From Nitrospirota bacterium (GTDB lineage: Bacteria > Nitrospirota > UBA9217): a DNA stretch of 27,874 bases. Below, one piece after another: positions 1 through 9,210 of the stretch. The translations under genes and the position numbers were made by a program. The DNA lies in assembly GCA_963741205.1 (NCBI GenBank), contig CAVUHW010000001.1:1-27874 (forward strand), written 5' to 3'. A model generated the notes under the pieces. It worked only from the letters and a program-made list of their open reading frames with translations. It did no database searches and had not been told where the DNA came from. Every line of letters starts with the position of its first letter. The first letter of the stretch is position 1.

Positions 1-682
1 GGGCGTCTTTAACCTTGGTCTGCATGCCGCGGAACCGGTCGATCGTACCGGGCGCCACATTCTTTTCCTGCACCCTATTGCGGAAGAACGCGAGCAGATT
101 CGACAAGTTCCCTTCATTCAGCGCCCGCGAGAGCCAAAATGACGTCTCTTCGGTGGCTCTGGGGAAAGCGCGGGCTAAGCGAAGATAGAACTCAGCGGTG
201 CGGGTCCTGAGTGCAATTGCCCGTTCCAACGTTTCCTGAAGCCGGTCCCGGGGCCCTCCCTGAGGAAGGCTGACGTTTTCCAGCCAGTAGCGGTAAATAT
301 TCTCTAATGATCCGCGGACAACATTCCACGCATTTGTCTTGGAAATATAGCTGTTGGCCCCCAGCGAATATGCATCATTGATGATATCCTTTCCTGCGTC
401 ATGGGAAAGCACGATGATCGGGGTCATGCGCCATGCAGGGTCCGTCTTCACCTCACGGATGAGATCGAGACCGGTCCCGTCAGGAAGCTGCATATCCGTA
501 ATGACGAGGCTCAGGGGCCTCTTGTTCTCCGCCCTCTCGCCGAGCAGTCGCAGCGCCTCATTCACGGATACCGCAGTGAGCACGTCTCCCTGGAACCCGA
601 AACGCATGAAGGCCATCTTTACGAGATGGGCAAGAAGAGGATCATCCTCCACATGCAGGATCGTCGATTCACGGTTGTCCAT
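1..682 (-). CDS. Response regulator: N-terminal receiver domain plus helical ferritin/rubrerythrin-like C-terminal region (3' end runs off the window)
   Basis: Manual translation from ATG 682 is open to base 2: MDNRESTILHVEDDPLLAHLVKMAF...VITDMQLPDGTGLDLIREVKTDPAWRMTPIIVLS...GANSYISK...LERAIALRTRTAEFYLRLARAF. Acidic pocket, phospho-Asp, Ser and Lys are present, with AGAGGAAGG upstream. Absent from the ORF track because there is no stop in the window. Confidence 0.85.
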   Translation of the reverse strand, partial: MDNRESTILHVEDDPLLAHLVKMAFMRFGFQGDVLTAVSVNEALRLLGERAENKRPLSLVITDMQLPDGTGLDLIREVKTDPAWRMTPIIVLSHDAGKDIINDAYSLGANSYISKTNAWNVVRGSLENIYRYWLENVSLPQGGPRDRLQETLERAIALRTRTAEFYLRLARAFPRATEETSFWLSRALNEGNLSNLLAFFRNRVQEKNVAPGTIDRFRGMQTKVKDA

Positions 683-1310
683 GCCTAGTACATGCCTTCC
701 TCTTGAGAATCGCCCGGAGAGGACCAGCCCCTTCAGGTTGATCCTTTTCAGACAATCGACTTCGCATGTAGTACCCGCGGATCGACGTTATTTGACCTTC
801 TACTAAAAAGAAAATCGGGGTGGAAAAAGACGTAGCCCTTTCCTTCCTGACCAACGCAGCGTATTTAATCCGACATCGCCTTCTTCCTGGCGGCTTCTTT
901 GCCGGTTCTTTTCCGTCTCAGCCTTGTCAGTTGCCTTCATCGGTTTTACCTCGATATTAAAAAGTTAACCCGTGAACTTCGACTTCGCATCGGAACCGAT
1001 GGACTCAACCACCGGCATGACGAGGTGAACTGTCACGGGCTTTATCTAGGTAAAACCGATGAAGGCAACTGACAAGGCTGAGACGGAAAAGACCGGCAAA
1101 GAAGCCGCCAGGAAGAAGGCGATGTCGGATTAAATACGCTGCGTTGGTCAAGGAAGGAAAGGGCTGCATGTTCTTTCCGCCCGATTTTCTTTTTAGTAGA
1201 AGGTCAAATAACGTCGATCGCAGTACATGCGAAGTCGATTGTCTGAAAGGATCAACCTGAAGGGGCTGGTCCTCTCCGGGCGATTCTCAAGAGGAGGGGA
1301 TGTACCAGGC

Positions 1311-1556
1311 ATGGACGATGAATTGACGATCCTGCATGTGGAGGATGATCCTCTTCTTGCCCATCTCGTAAAGATGGCCTTCATCCGTTTCGGGTTCCAG
1401 GGAGACGTGCTCACTGCGGTATCCGTGAATGAGGCGCTGCGACTGCTCGCGAGGGCGGAGAACAAGAGGCCCCTGAGCCTCGTCGTTACGGATGTGCAGC
1501 TTCCCGACGGGACCGGTCTCGATCTCATCCGTGAGGTGAAGACGGACCCTGCATGA
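1311..1556 (+). pseudogene. Truncated inverted copy of the receiver domain (81 aa)
   Basis: MDDELTILHVEDD...DLIREVKTDPA* matches the gene at 1-682 and stops at the fold-back junction. It lacks the conserved Ser/Thr and Lys half of the domain. Confidence 0.8.
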
Positions 1557-1776
1557 GATCGAGACCGGTCCCGTCGGGAAGCTGCATATCCGTAATGACG
1601 AGGCTCAGGGGCCTCTTGTTCTCCGCCCTCTCGCCGAGCAGTCGCAGCGCCTCATTCACGGATACCGCAGTGAGCACGTCTCCCTGGAACCCGAAACGCA
1701 TGAAGGCCATCTTTACGAGATGGGCAAGAAGAGGATCATCCTCCACATGCAGGATCGTCAATTCATTGTTGTCCAT
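1525..1776 (-). pseudogene. Truncated third copy of the receiver domain (83 aa)
   Basis: MDNNELTILHVEDD...DGTGLDL then an unrelated tail MQGPSSPHG* read across the junction at 1553. Confidence 0.8.
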
Positions 1777-1959
1777 GCCTAGTACATCCTTTCCTCTTGA
1801 GAATCGCCCGGAGAGGACCAGCCCCTTCAGGTTGATCCTTTTCAGACAATCGACTTCGCATGTAGTACCCGCTGATCGACGTTATTCGACCTTCTACTAA
1901 AAAGAAAATCGGGGTGGAAAGAGCATGCAGCCCTTTCCTTCCTGACCAGCGCAGCGTAC

Positions 1960-2155
1960 TTAATCCGACATCGCCTTCTTCCTGGCGACTTCTTTCCGGC
2001 CTTTTCCGCCTCCGCTTTCTCGGTGCCTTCATCGGTTTGGGTCGACCGTCACTTTCGTGATATGGCCCGTGAACTTAGACTTCGCATCGGAACCGATGGC
2101 CTCAACCACCGGCATGCCGAGGTCGATTCCCACGTCAGCCGTCTCGTCAGCCGGG
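1960..2155 (-). pseudogene. C-terminal remnant of a second arylsulfatase
   Basis: ADETADVGIDLGMPVVEAIGSDAKSKFTGHITKVTV...PMKA..KAEAEKAG..VARKKAMSD* (small indels). It aligns by eye with the end of the intact sulfatase (DETFDIGQDTRTGV...KFTGKINKLTF). No N-terminal part; it abuts the stop of 2162-2557. Confidence 0.7.
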
Positions 2156-2161
2156 GCAATT

Positions 2162-2557
2162 TTACCTCTCTTGTCTTGATGCAGAGCCCTCTCGCTGACC
2201 CTTGAGCCATGCGCGTGCAAGAGGCAATGCCAAAGCGGCGTGGACTGCTACCGCCGGCCACAAAAGACTCCCGACCCACTCTCTGCGAATACCCAGATAT
2301 GCCAGATAAATCATGGCAAGCAGACTATAACAAAGCATTGCCCGAAGAGCCCCGGAAAGACACCTGCCTGCACCGCTGCCCGGCCAGCAGGCCACTCCAA
2401 GGGCGATCAAGGCGATGCCGGCCACCCGGCTCATCACCACCCCCGCGCCGGCGATCTCGGCGTTGAACAACAGCCGGACCACGACCGGGGGATACGCCAG
2501 CAGGACCAGGCCTAAGGCCGCTTCGCCCGCAGCGGCGAGGGCAAGCAACTTTTTCAT
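2162..2557 (-). CDS. Small integral membrane protein (~4 hydrophobic segments), function unknown
   Basis: 131 aa hydrophobic ORF. GGAGGAAGGG lies upstream, and the start is 16 bp after the sulfatase stop. Confidence 0.8.
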   Translation of the reverse strand: MKKLLALAAAGEAALGLVLLAYPPVVVRLLFNAEIAGAGVVMSRVAGIALIALGVACWPGSGAGRCLSGALRAMLCYSLLAMIYLAYLGIRREWVGSLLWPAVAVHAALALPLARAWLKGQREGSASRQER

Positions 2558-2573
2558 AACCCTTCCTCCATGC

Positions 2574-5207
2574 CTAATGCTTCGGCGCCGCCTCAGGCTC
2601 CGGTTCGAGCTTGAAGGTCAGCTTGTTGATCTTGCCGGTGAACTTGAACGGAATATCGTAGCGATACTCCAGCATCGCAACGCCGGTGCGCGTGTCCTGG
2701 CCGATGTCGAAGGTTTCGTCCTCCGGGAACGTGATCGGGGTGCCGTGTTCCATGGAATTCCTGGCCACTTCCTTGCCGTCCACGGAGAGCACGCCCGTCC
2801 CTCCCTTGCCCAAGCCCGGACCATCGGACTTGAAGTCGAAGACGATGGTGTGCTTGCCGGCGCGCAACGAAGGCCCTGCCCACGTCGTGCGCTTGAGGTT
2901 GAGCAGGTTGTAGAGGAACACGGGCTTCCCTTTGCCCAGATCCAACGTCCGCGTGGCAAACACCGCAACCACCCAAAGCGATCCAAGCATCAGCATTCCA
3001 TAGCCGATCCACAGTTTTCCGCGCGACCACGCGCGACGTTTGCCGACCCAGGTGAGAAGGAGGCCGGCGAACAGCATCCCCAAGCCTGCTGTCCTGAACA
3101 ACCGGCTTTCGAGCCAATAGTTGTAGCTCCTGCTCAGGAACAGTCCATAGCCGCCGAAGCGCCCGCCCTCGGTGACGATCATGCCTTCCGCGCCGCCCTC
3201 GGGGATCTCGACCTCGGCGGTAATGGTGTAGGACTTGTTCAGGATGCTCGGAGCGGCGCTGGCCGGCACGCCGGTCAATTCGCCCGAATACGTGAAGACC
3301 GTTCGTCCCGCCGTGAGGCTCGGGCGCGGCGTATTCCAGCGCGCGAGCGTCGAGTTGTCGAGCGGCAGCACGTTGTACTTCTTCGCCTCGGAATAGAAGA
3401 TGGCCTGCATCTGCTTGACCTTCTCCGGCATCTTGGCGGCCAGGTCGTTGAACTGGGTGGGATCCTCCTGGACGTTGTAGAGTTCCCATTTGTACCCGGT
3501 GATCACATCCGGCGGCGGGGCGCTGCTCAGCTCCCACGGGAGGGTCGCCGGGGTCGTGGCCGCCACCCACCCGTCGTGATAGATGGCGCGATTGCCGAGC
3601 ATCTCGAAGTATTGCGTGGTGTGCCGGGTCGGGGCGTTGGCGTTCGCCTTGTCCCAGGTGTACACCATGCTCACGCCTTCGATGGGGCTCTGCTTGATGC
3701 CGTTGACCGTATCGGGCGCCGGGATGCCGGTCGCTTCGAGGATGGTCGGGACGATGTCGATGACGTGATGGAACTGGCGGCGGATGCCGCCCACGTCGTT
3801 GATGTGGCCGGGCCAGGACATGGCCACGCCCTGGCTCGTCCCGCCGAAGTGCGACGGCACCTGCTTCACCCACTTGAACGGCGTGTCCATCGCCCACGCC
3901 CACGCTGCCGCGTAGTGCGGGAAGGTCCGGTCGGACCCCCAGAACGGGTACCAGAGGTACTGGGCCTTGACCGGCACGGGAACGCCATTGAAGGTGGTGA
4001 ACTCGTTCGGCGTGCCGTTGAGCATCCCCTCGGCGCTCGCGCCGTTGTCGCCGCTGATGTAGATGATCAGGGTGTTGTCGAGCTGGCCGAGGTCTTCGAC
4101 GGCCTGGATGACCCGGCCGATCTCATTGTCGGTGTACGCGAGGTACGCCCCGTATACGTCGGCCTGTTTGATGAAGAGCTTCTTTTCCTCCCGGCTGAGC
4201 GAGTCCCACTGCGGCAGTTCTTTCGGCCACGGCGTCAGCTTGGCGTTCTCGGGCATGATGCCCAATCGCTTCTGGTTGGCGAAGATGGTATCGCGCAGCT
4301 TGTTCCATCCGTCATCGAACAAATGCATGTCGCTGATCTTCTTGATCCACTCCGGCGTCGGATGATGCGGCGCGTGTGTGCCGCCGGGCACGTAGTAGAC
4401 AAAGAACGGTTTGTCCGGCGCGATCTCCTTGAGCTGCTTCATGTACTGGATCGCCTCGTCGGCCATGGCCGTGGTCAGGTTCCAGCCGGGATTGCCCTCG
4501 AAGGGGTAGATGGCCGTCGTATTGCGGAAAAGGTTCGGTTGCCACTGGCTGGCGTCGCCGCCGACAAAGCCGTAGAAATATTCGAAGCCCATGCCGATCG
4601 GCCATTGATCGAACGGCCCGGCCTGGCTGGACTGGTACGAGGGCGTGTTGTGCTCCTTGCCGAACCACGAGGTCGCGTACCCGTTCGCCTTCAGGATCGT
4701 ACCGATGGTGCCCTTCTCAATCGGGATTATTGAGTCGTAACCCGGGAACCCCGTCGCTATTTCGCCTACCACCCCGAAGCCCGCCGAGTGATGGTTGCGT
4801 CCCGTGATGATCGCCGCCCGCGTCGGTGAGCAGAGCGCAGTGGAGTGGAAATTGGTGTAGCGCAGCCCGTTCTTCGCGATGCGATCCATTGCCGGTGTCG
4901 GAACGACGCCGCCGAAGGTGCCCGGCGCGCCGAAGCCGACGTCGTCCGTCATGATGAGCAGCACGTTGGGCGCGCCCTTCGGCGGCACGACGCGTGGGGG
5001 CCACCAGGCCTTCGACTCCGAGGCCTTTTCCTTGATCACTCCGCCGAACTTCGGATCGGGCGGCGGGAACTGTTTTCCGCTGATCGTGGTGGTGGCGCCG
5101 GGCGAACCCGGAACCCCGGTCACCTGCTGGGCCATAGCCGGTATTGCCGCCAGCATTACTGCAAGAATAAAAGCTGCCATTACGGAGACGATTGCTTTTG
5201 TCTTCAT
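2574..5207 (-). CDS. Exported Cys-type arylsulfatase (formylglycine-dependent) with C-terminal LamG/ConA-like region
   Basis: 877 aa. Signal peptide ending AMA-Q, PNVLLIMTDDVG, signature CSPTRAAIITGR, GKEH, HAPH and GDNG motifs. Confidence 0.95.
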   Translation of the reverse strand: MKTKAIVSVMAAFILAVMLAAIPAMAQQVTGVPGSPGATTTISGKQFPPPDPKFGGVIKEKASESKAWWPPRVVPPKGAPNVLLIMTDDVGFGAPGTFGGVVPTPAMDRIAKNGLRYTNFHSTALCSPTRAAIITGRNHHSAGFGVVGEIATGFPGYDSIIPIEKGTIGTILKANGYATSWFGKEHNTPSYQSSQAGPFDQWPIGMGFEYFYGFVGGDASQWQPNLFRNTTAIYPFEGNPGWNLTTAMADEAIQYMKQLKEIAPDKPFFVYYVPGGTHAPHHPTPEWIKKISDMHLFDDGWNKLRDTIFANQKRLGIMPENAKLTPWPKELPQWDSLSREEKKLFIKQADVYGAYLAYTDNEIGRVIQAVEDLGQLDNTLIIYISGDNGASAEGMLNGTPNEFTTFNGVPVPVKAQYLWYPFWGSDRTFPHYAAAWAWAMDTPFKWVKQVPSHFGGTSQGVAMSWPGHINDVGGIRRQFHHVIDIVPTILEATGIPAPDTVNGIKQSPIEGVSMVYTWDKANANAPTRHTTQYFEMLGNRAIYHDGWVAATTPATLPWELSSAPPPDVITGYKWELYNVQEDPTQFNDLAAKMPEKVKQMQAIFYSEAKKYNVLPLDNSTLARWNTPRPSLTAGRTVFTYSGELTGVPASAAPSILNKSYTITAEVEIPEGGAEGMIVTEGGRFGGYGLFLSRSYNYWLESRLFRTAGLGMLFAGLLLTWVGKRRAWSRGKLWIGYGMLMLGSLWVVAVFATRTLDLGKGKPVFLYNLLNLKRTTWAGPSLRAGKHTIVFDFKSDGPGLGKGGTGVLSVDGKEVARNSMEHGTPITFPEDETFDIGQDTRTGVAMLEYRYDIPFKFTGKINKLTFKLEPEPEAAPKH

Positions 5208-5213
5208 ACGATG

Positions 5214-5393
5214 TTACCTCACTTGCCTGTCTCCTCGCTCCTTGAAGGCGATGCCGGCCACCCGGCTCATCACCATCCCCGCGCTGACAATCTCGGCGTT
5301 GAACAATAGCCGGACCACGTTCGGCGGATACACCAGCAGGATCAAGCCTAAGGCCGCTTCGCCCGCAGCGGCGAGGGCAAGCAACTTTTTCAT
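5214..5393 (-). pseudogene. Internally deleted paralog (59 aa) of the membrane protein at 2162-2557
   Basis: MKKLLALAAAGEAALGLILLVYPPNVVRLLFNAEIVSAGMVMSRVAGIA then FKERGDRQVR*. The first ~49 codons are near-identical, and the 3' end CAAGTGAGGTAA matches CAAGAGAGGTAA of the full copy. Confidence 0.85.
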
Positions 5394-5458
5394 AACCCTT
5401 TCTTCATGCTTTGCCGCTCGTATTTAAAGCCGTCCCGTTGATTTCGACGTTAGACGCA

Positions 5459-6856
5459 TTACTGCACCTTCTTGACAGGCGGCAACTGGTAAGTGCCGTC
5501 AAGGATCTCTTTCTTCGGCTGATACACGCGGGTGGTCAGGTTGAACGGGAGGCCCGGCGGACAGGGCATCCAGTTCGCCTCCTTGTCCGGTCCCGGTGAC
5601 TTGGCCTGGATGTACACGTCCAGCGAGCCGTCGGCGTTGTACTTGAGAGGCATCGAGGAGAGGATCCCGTAACGGTTGATGGAGTTGCGAACGTAAAAGT
5701 TCTCCCGATAGGGCGAAATGGACCAGACCCCGACATGTGAAGGGGGCACGCCGTTCTTCTCGAAATGCATAATGTACTTCTGGGCACCATCCAGCACTTT
5801 GCCATCGCCGTCCGTAAACGCAGAGGGATAGACGGCGTCGTCAGAAGTCAGAGCTCCCAGTCCGAACCATGCGATCAGAGCACGCGTCTGGTAATCGGTT
5901 CCGTATTTCCCGATGTTGAGAGCGTTCATCCATCCGTGCACCGTCGGCGCCTCGTAAATGCCCTGGGCGAACTTCAGCCAGACCTCCTCTGACGCCATGT
6001 TAATGCCCTTGAGAGTGGCTGCGTCGAGGCTGCTGGGATCGAAATCTCTGCCCAATTCAATGCCGATCTTCTTGAGCTTCTCGAGTGCTTTCGTGTCGCC
6101 TGGATAAGGCGGGTTGTCCTTTAGCAATGCTGCCAGCCGCTTGAAGAACATCTCGCCGGTCATCAGGCGTACCTGGTCATAAGGGGTCGCCGTGATATCG
6201 GCGGTGGCGTCTACGGGGACGTTTCTGGGCGGTGTGTAGGGTTTTCCCCAGGAGATGAGGGGTGTGACCTTAATCTGGTCCTGGAGTGCGTGGATCGCGG
6301 GATAATCCTGAGGTCCGCCCGCCGAAATCTGCACCAGCACCCACGCATACCGTGTGGAACACCGGAACACCGCCTTCACGTCCGGCGGTGCCGTACCGTT
6401 CCAGTCAGGCCCGGCGATCAGGTAATTGCCGGCGTTCGTGGCAGGGGTGCGGGTCCCGACCGAGGCAAAATCGTCGGTCCACATGTTCAGCGCCTGCATC
6501 ACAATGTAGCGACCCTTGGTGTCCGGAATGGTCACGATCATCGGTTCCTTTTGGAGATCAAGGAAGCCGTGCGTCCAGAGCGAATTCACGCTGATGCGGA
6601 CCACGTTCTTGAAATCCGGAGACACGACTGTGCGGATCCGGCCGAACTGGTTGATGGGAGCACTATATTCCCCGGAGTTCGGCGTTGCCGTCATCACTGC
6701 CCTGGTCACGTCCATCATGACCAGCGGAAAACCGTAGACGTACGATTCCATACCGTAAATATAGGCTTTTGTCTCTTCCACTTTCGTGCATGCGGCCAGG
6801 GACAGGGCGACCACAAGCAAGAATGCGATCAACCCAAACAGCATGCACTTTTTCAT
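5459..6856 (-). CDS. DUF1254/DUF1214 family lipoprotein
   Basis: 465 aa from ATG 6856 (AGAGGA upstream). Lipobox LAAC; family-like motifs YVYGFPLV, LDLQKEP, YLIAGPDW, DGSLDVYIQ, NWMP, RVYQP. Confidence 0.88.
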   Translation of the reverse strand: MKKCMLFGLIAFLLVVALSLAACTKVEETKAYIYGMESYVYGFPLVMMDVTRAVMTATPNSGEYSAPINQFGRIRTVVSPDFKNVVRISVNSLWTHGFLDLQKEPMIVTIPDTKGRYIVMQALNMWTDDFASVGTRTPATNAGNYLIAGPDWNGTAPPDVKAVFRCSTRYAWVLVQISAGGPQDYPAIHALQDQIKVTPLISWGKPYTPPRNVPVDATADITATPYDQVRLMTGEMFFKRLAALLKDNPPYPGDTKALEKLKKIGIELGRDFDPSSLDAATLKGINMASEEVWLKFAQGIYEAPTVHGWMNALNIGKYGTDYQTRALIAWFGLGALTSDDAVYPSAFTDGDGKVLDGAQKYIMHFEKNGVPPSHVGVWSISPYRENFYVRNSINRYGILSSMPLKYNADGSLDVYIQAKSPGPDKEANWMPCPPGLPFNLTTRVYQPKKEILDGTYQLPPVKKVQ

Positions 6857-6997
6857 TGGACATCCTCTGTTTCGTGCATTTTGTGTCGAAAGCAGGAAGA
6901 AAGAGCGTGGCGCCTTTCCTTCCTGATGGTTGCATATCACTTAATCCGACATCGCCTTCTTCTTCATATCGTACTCTTATATTTACGACCTTGGTTC

Positions 6998-9210
6998 CTA
7001 TTTTGATATTTCCTTGAGAAGCATTTCTGCATCTTTGTACTGAGGATGTTTCTCAACCAGCTCTTTCAATATTTTGATCGCCTCGTCCTTCTCTCCCTTC
7101 TGGTTCAGATAGAAGGCAAGGGTATATGCATACTTCGGTTCCTGCGGCCTGAGGTCCGACGCCTTCCTGCACCAGTTCACGGCTTCGCTGATACGGTCCT
7201 TCGCAGTGATGATGCAGAGGTTATAGGCTGCCTGGGCCATCTGGGGATCGGCATTAAACGCCTTCTTGAGATACTTCTCTGCCGACTTCGGATCATTCTT
7301 CTCTGCCTTTAGAAGTCCCATGTTGAAGTTCGCCGCTGCATTGTCGGGAGCCTGCTTGAGAGCCTTCTGCAGCGATTTTTCCGCCTTGTCATTCTCGCCC
7401 ATCCGGGCGTAGGCGATGGACATATTCACCATCGGCATGATCGCCTGAGGATCGAGCTTCAGCGCTGCCTGATAGGAGGCAACAGCCTTCTTCGCTTCGC
7501 CGCGGCTCAACTGGTAGTTGCCCAGATTGTAATGGGACGTCCACTGATCCGGCCGCGCTGTTATGGACGCAAGATATTCAGCATTCGCCTTCTTGAGCTG
7601 CGCCTGGTAGGCAGGAGGCGCTGACATCCTTGGGAATGCCGCAATCCCGGCAGCAGCCCGGACCCGAACCAGCCGGTAATCATCTCCCGTTGCTTCGACC
7701 AGGGCCTGCAGGCTTTCCGTGGTCGGGATCAGGCCCAGAGCCTGGACCGCCGCGCCACGCACAAGGGGCGACGGGTCCTTTGCAGCAGAGAGTAAAGCGG
7801 TCAGAACCTTCTGGTCCTGCGTTGGAGGAGATGAGCCTGATGAGCGAGGTGGCAAAGACCTCATCGCGTTTGGGGTCATTGATATAGGCGAGCATCTCCG
7901 GCAGCTTTGTCCAGTCCCGTTTGCGGGCAGCATCGATAAGCGCCGCGCGTTTGAGCACCGGCGCCTGGTAATCGCGGGTGCGCCACTGCCGGACAAGCTT
8001 GTCTGCCCATTCTGCGTCCTTGTCCTTGTGGCAGATGTTGCAGGCATTGGGAGACTGGTAGACAAGAGTCGCTGCCGGCGCAGGAGGAAGCATCGAATGA
8101 TCGCTCCGGTTCATCCGCGCGAAAGCGGTCATGGGCATGTGGCAGGAGATGCACTTGCTTCCCTCGCTCTCCGCGGGATGGTGCGTGTGTTCTGCCGGGT
8201 TCTTCACCTTGTCCTCATGACAGGGCAGACAGGCGTTGTTGAACTTCTCTTTCTTGAACCGGTAACGGCCGCTGGACGTATGGCAGTGGATGCAGTCGAT
8301 CTTTCCCGACTTTGCACAGGGGCTCATGCTCCAGGAGGTCAAGGTATAATTCTCGCCCAGGTCGCGGCCGTCAGGATAGTAATCGGGGTCCTCCAAGCGT
8401 CACGAGATCAAAATGGTCGAAGAAACGTTCCTCAGGCTGATACGCAAGAGTCAGGGGGCTTGCCTTCGCGTGGCAGCTCGAACAGAGGTCGTTCCGCTGC
8501 TGCTTCGTCATGGTCTTGGTGCGGATGATCCGCATCTCCGGCAGAGGCTGGCCCTTTGGCGTGGCCTTGGCGATCTTGTTGTGTTCGATCGCTGAGCCAT
8601 GGCAGGTCTCGCAGTTGATGCCCGGCTCAGCCCAGGTGGTGTGGTAGGTGGCGGTCTTCGGATCGTAGTTCGTCGAAAGCTGGCTCACATGGCAGCTGTA
8701 ACAGGCGGTATTAAAGGTGTAGGGGTATTCCTTCCAGTTGACCGTCTCGCCCCGCTCCCCTCCCGGGAAGTGGCGCATCCCGCTGGCGGCGGTATCGAAC
8801 CACTCCTTCTTGTTCACGTCATAGGCGACCGGAAGGGTCTGGAGCCGCCCCTTTGTGAAGGGTGTTAGGAAGTAGTAAACATTCTTGCCGCCGAGCACAT
8901 GCTCGATCTTGTATTTTTTCGTCCCCTTCTGACTTGTCTCAATGACCACGCCTTCATTGATATCAGCGTGGTACTTCTCTTTCCCTATCACTATATCGCC
9001 CTGCTGAGGCGCGAGTTTTTCCTTTGAAAAGACTGCCGTATAAGGCTGCATGGCAAGTCCGTGCATCGATGTGGACCATAGCTGATAGAACTTTTCATGG
9101 CACTCCCGGCAACTGGAGGAGCCGGCATAAGCGGTGGGATGCTTTTCTCCCGCGTGTGCCTGTGCTGATAAAGATACACAGATGATGAACAGGATTGGGA
9201 CTAGACGCAT
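6998..9210 (-). CDS. Multiheme cytochrome c (8 CxxCH) fused to HEAT-like and TPR repeats; two apparent frameshifts (~8394, ~7829)
   Basis: Three track ORFs join into ~736 aa after removing two bases. Signal peptide ending AHA. CRECH, CYSCH, CETCH, CSSCH, CIHCH, CLPCH, CISCH, CNICH; HEAT-like DPSPLVRGAAVQALG and DDYRLVRVRAA; TPR-like YNLG...ALKLDP and FNMG...AFNADP. Confidence 0.88.

Larger units (their letters stand above)
432..2125. repeat. Inverted triplication (minus / plus / minus) of a ~550 bp unit made of a sulfatase 3' tail, intergenic DNA and the 5' part of the receiver gene
   Basis: Copy 1 is ~432-1027 (minus), copy 2 ~1031-1555 (plus), copy 3 1553-~2125 (minus). Long identical stretches are readable by eye. 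Copies 2 and 3 share a 3-bp ATG microhomology at 1553-1555. Confidence 0.93.

Noticed and set aside
432-2125. Diversity-generating retroelement or invertase-controlled switch
   Set aside because: A few A-to-G differences exist, but the changes also include indels and non-adenine substitutions. There is no reverse transcriptase or recombinase in the window.
2415-4733. 772 aa plus-strand ORF (likewise 12264-13244, 15971-16678, 17120-18364 and 2593-3903)
   Set aside because: Antisense or alternate-frame shadows of well-supported GC-rich genes, with no recognisable motifs.
6998-9210. NrfA or octaheme nitrite reductase assignment
   Set aside because: No CxxCK motif, and the HEAT/TPR tail does not fit those enzymes.
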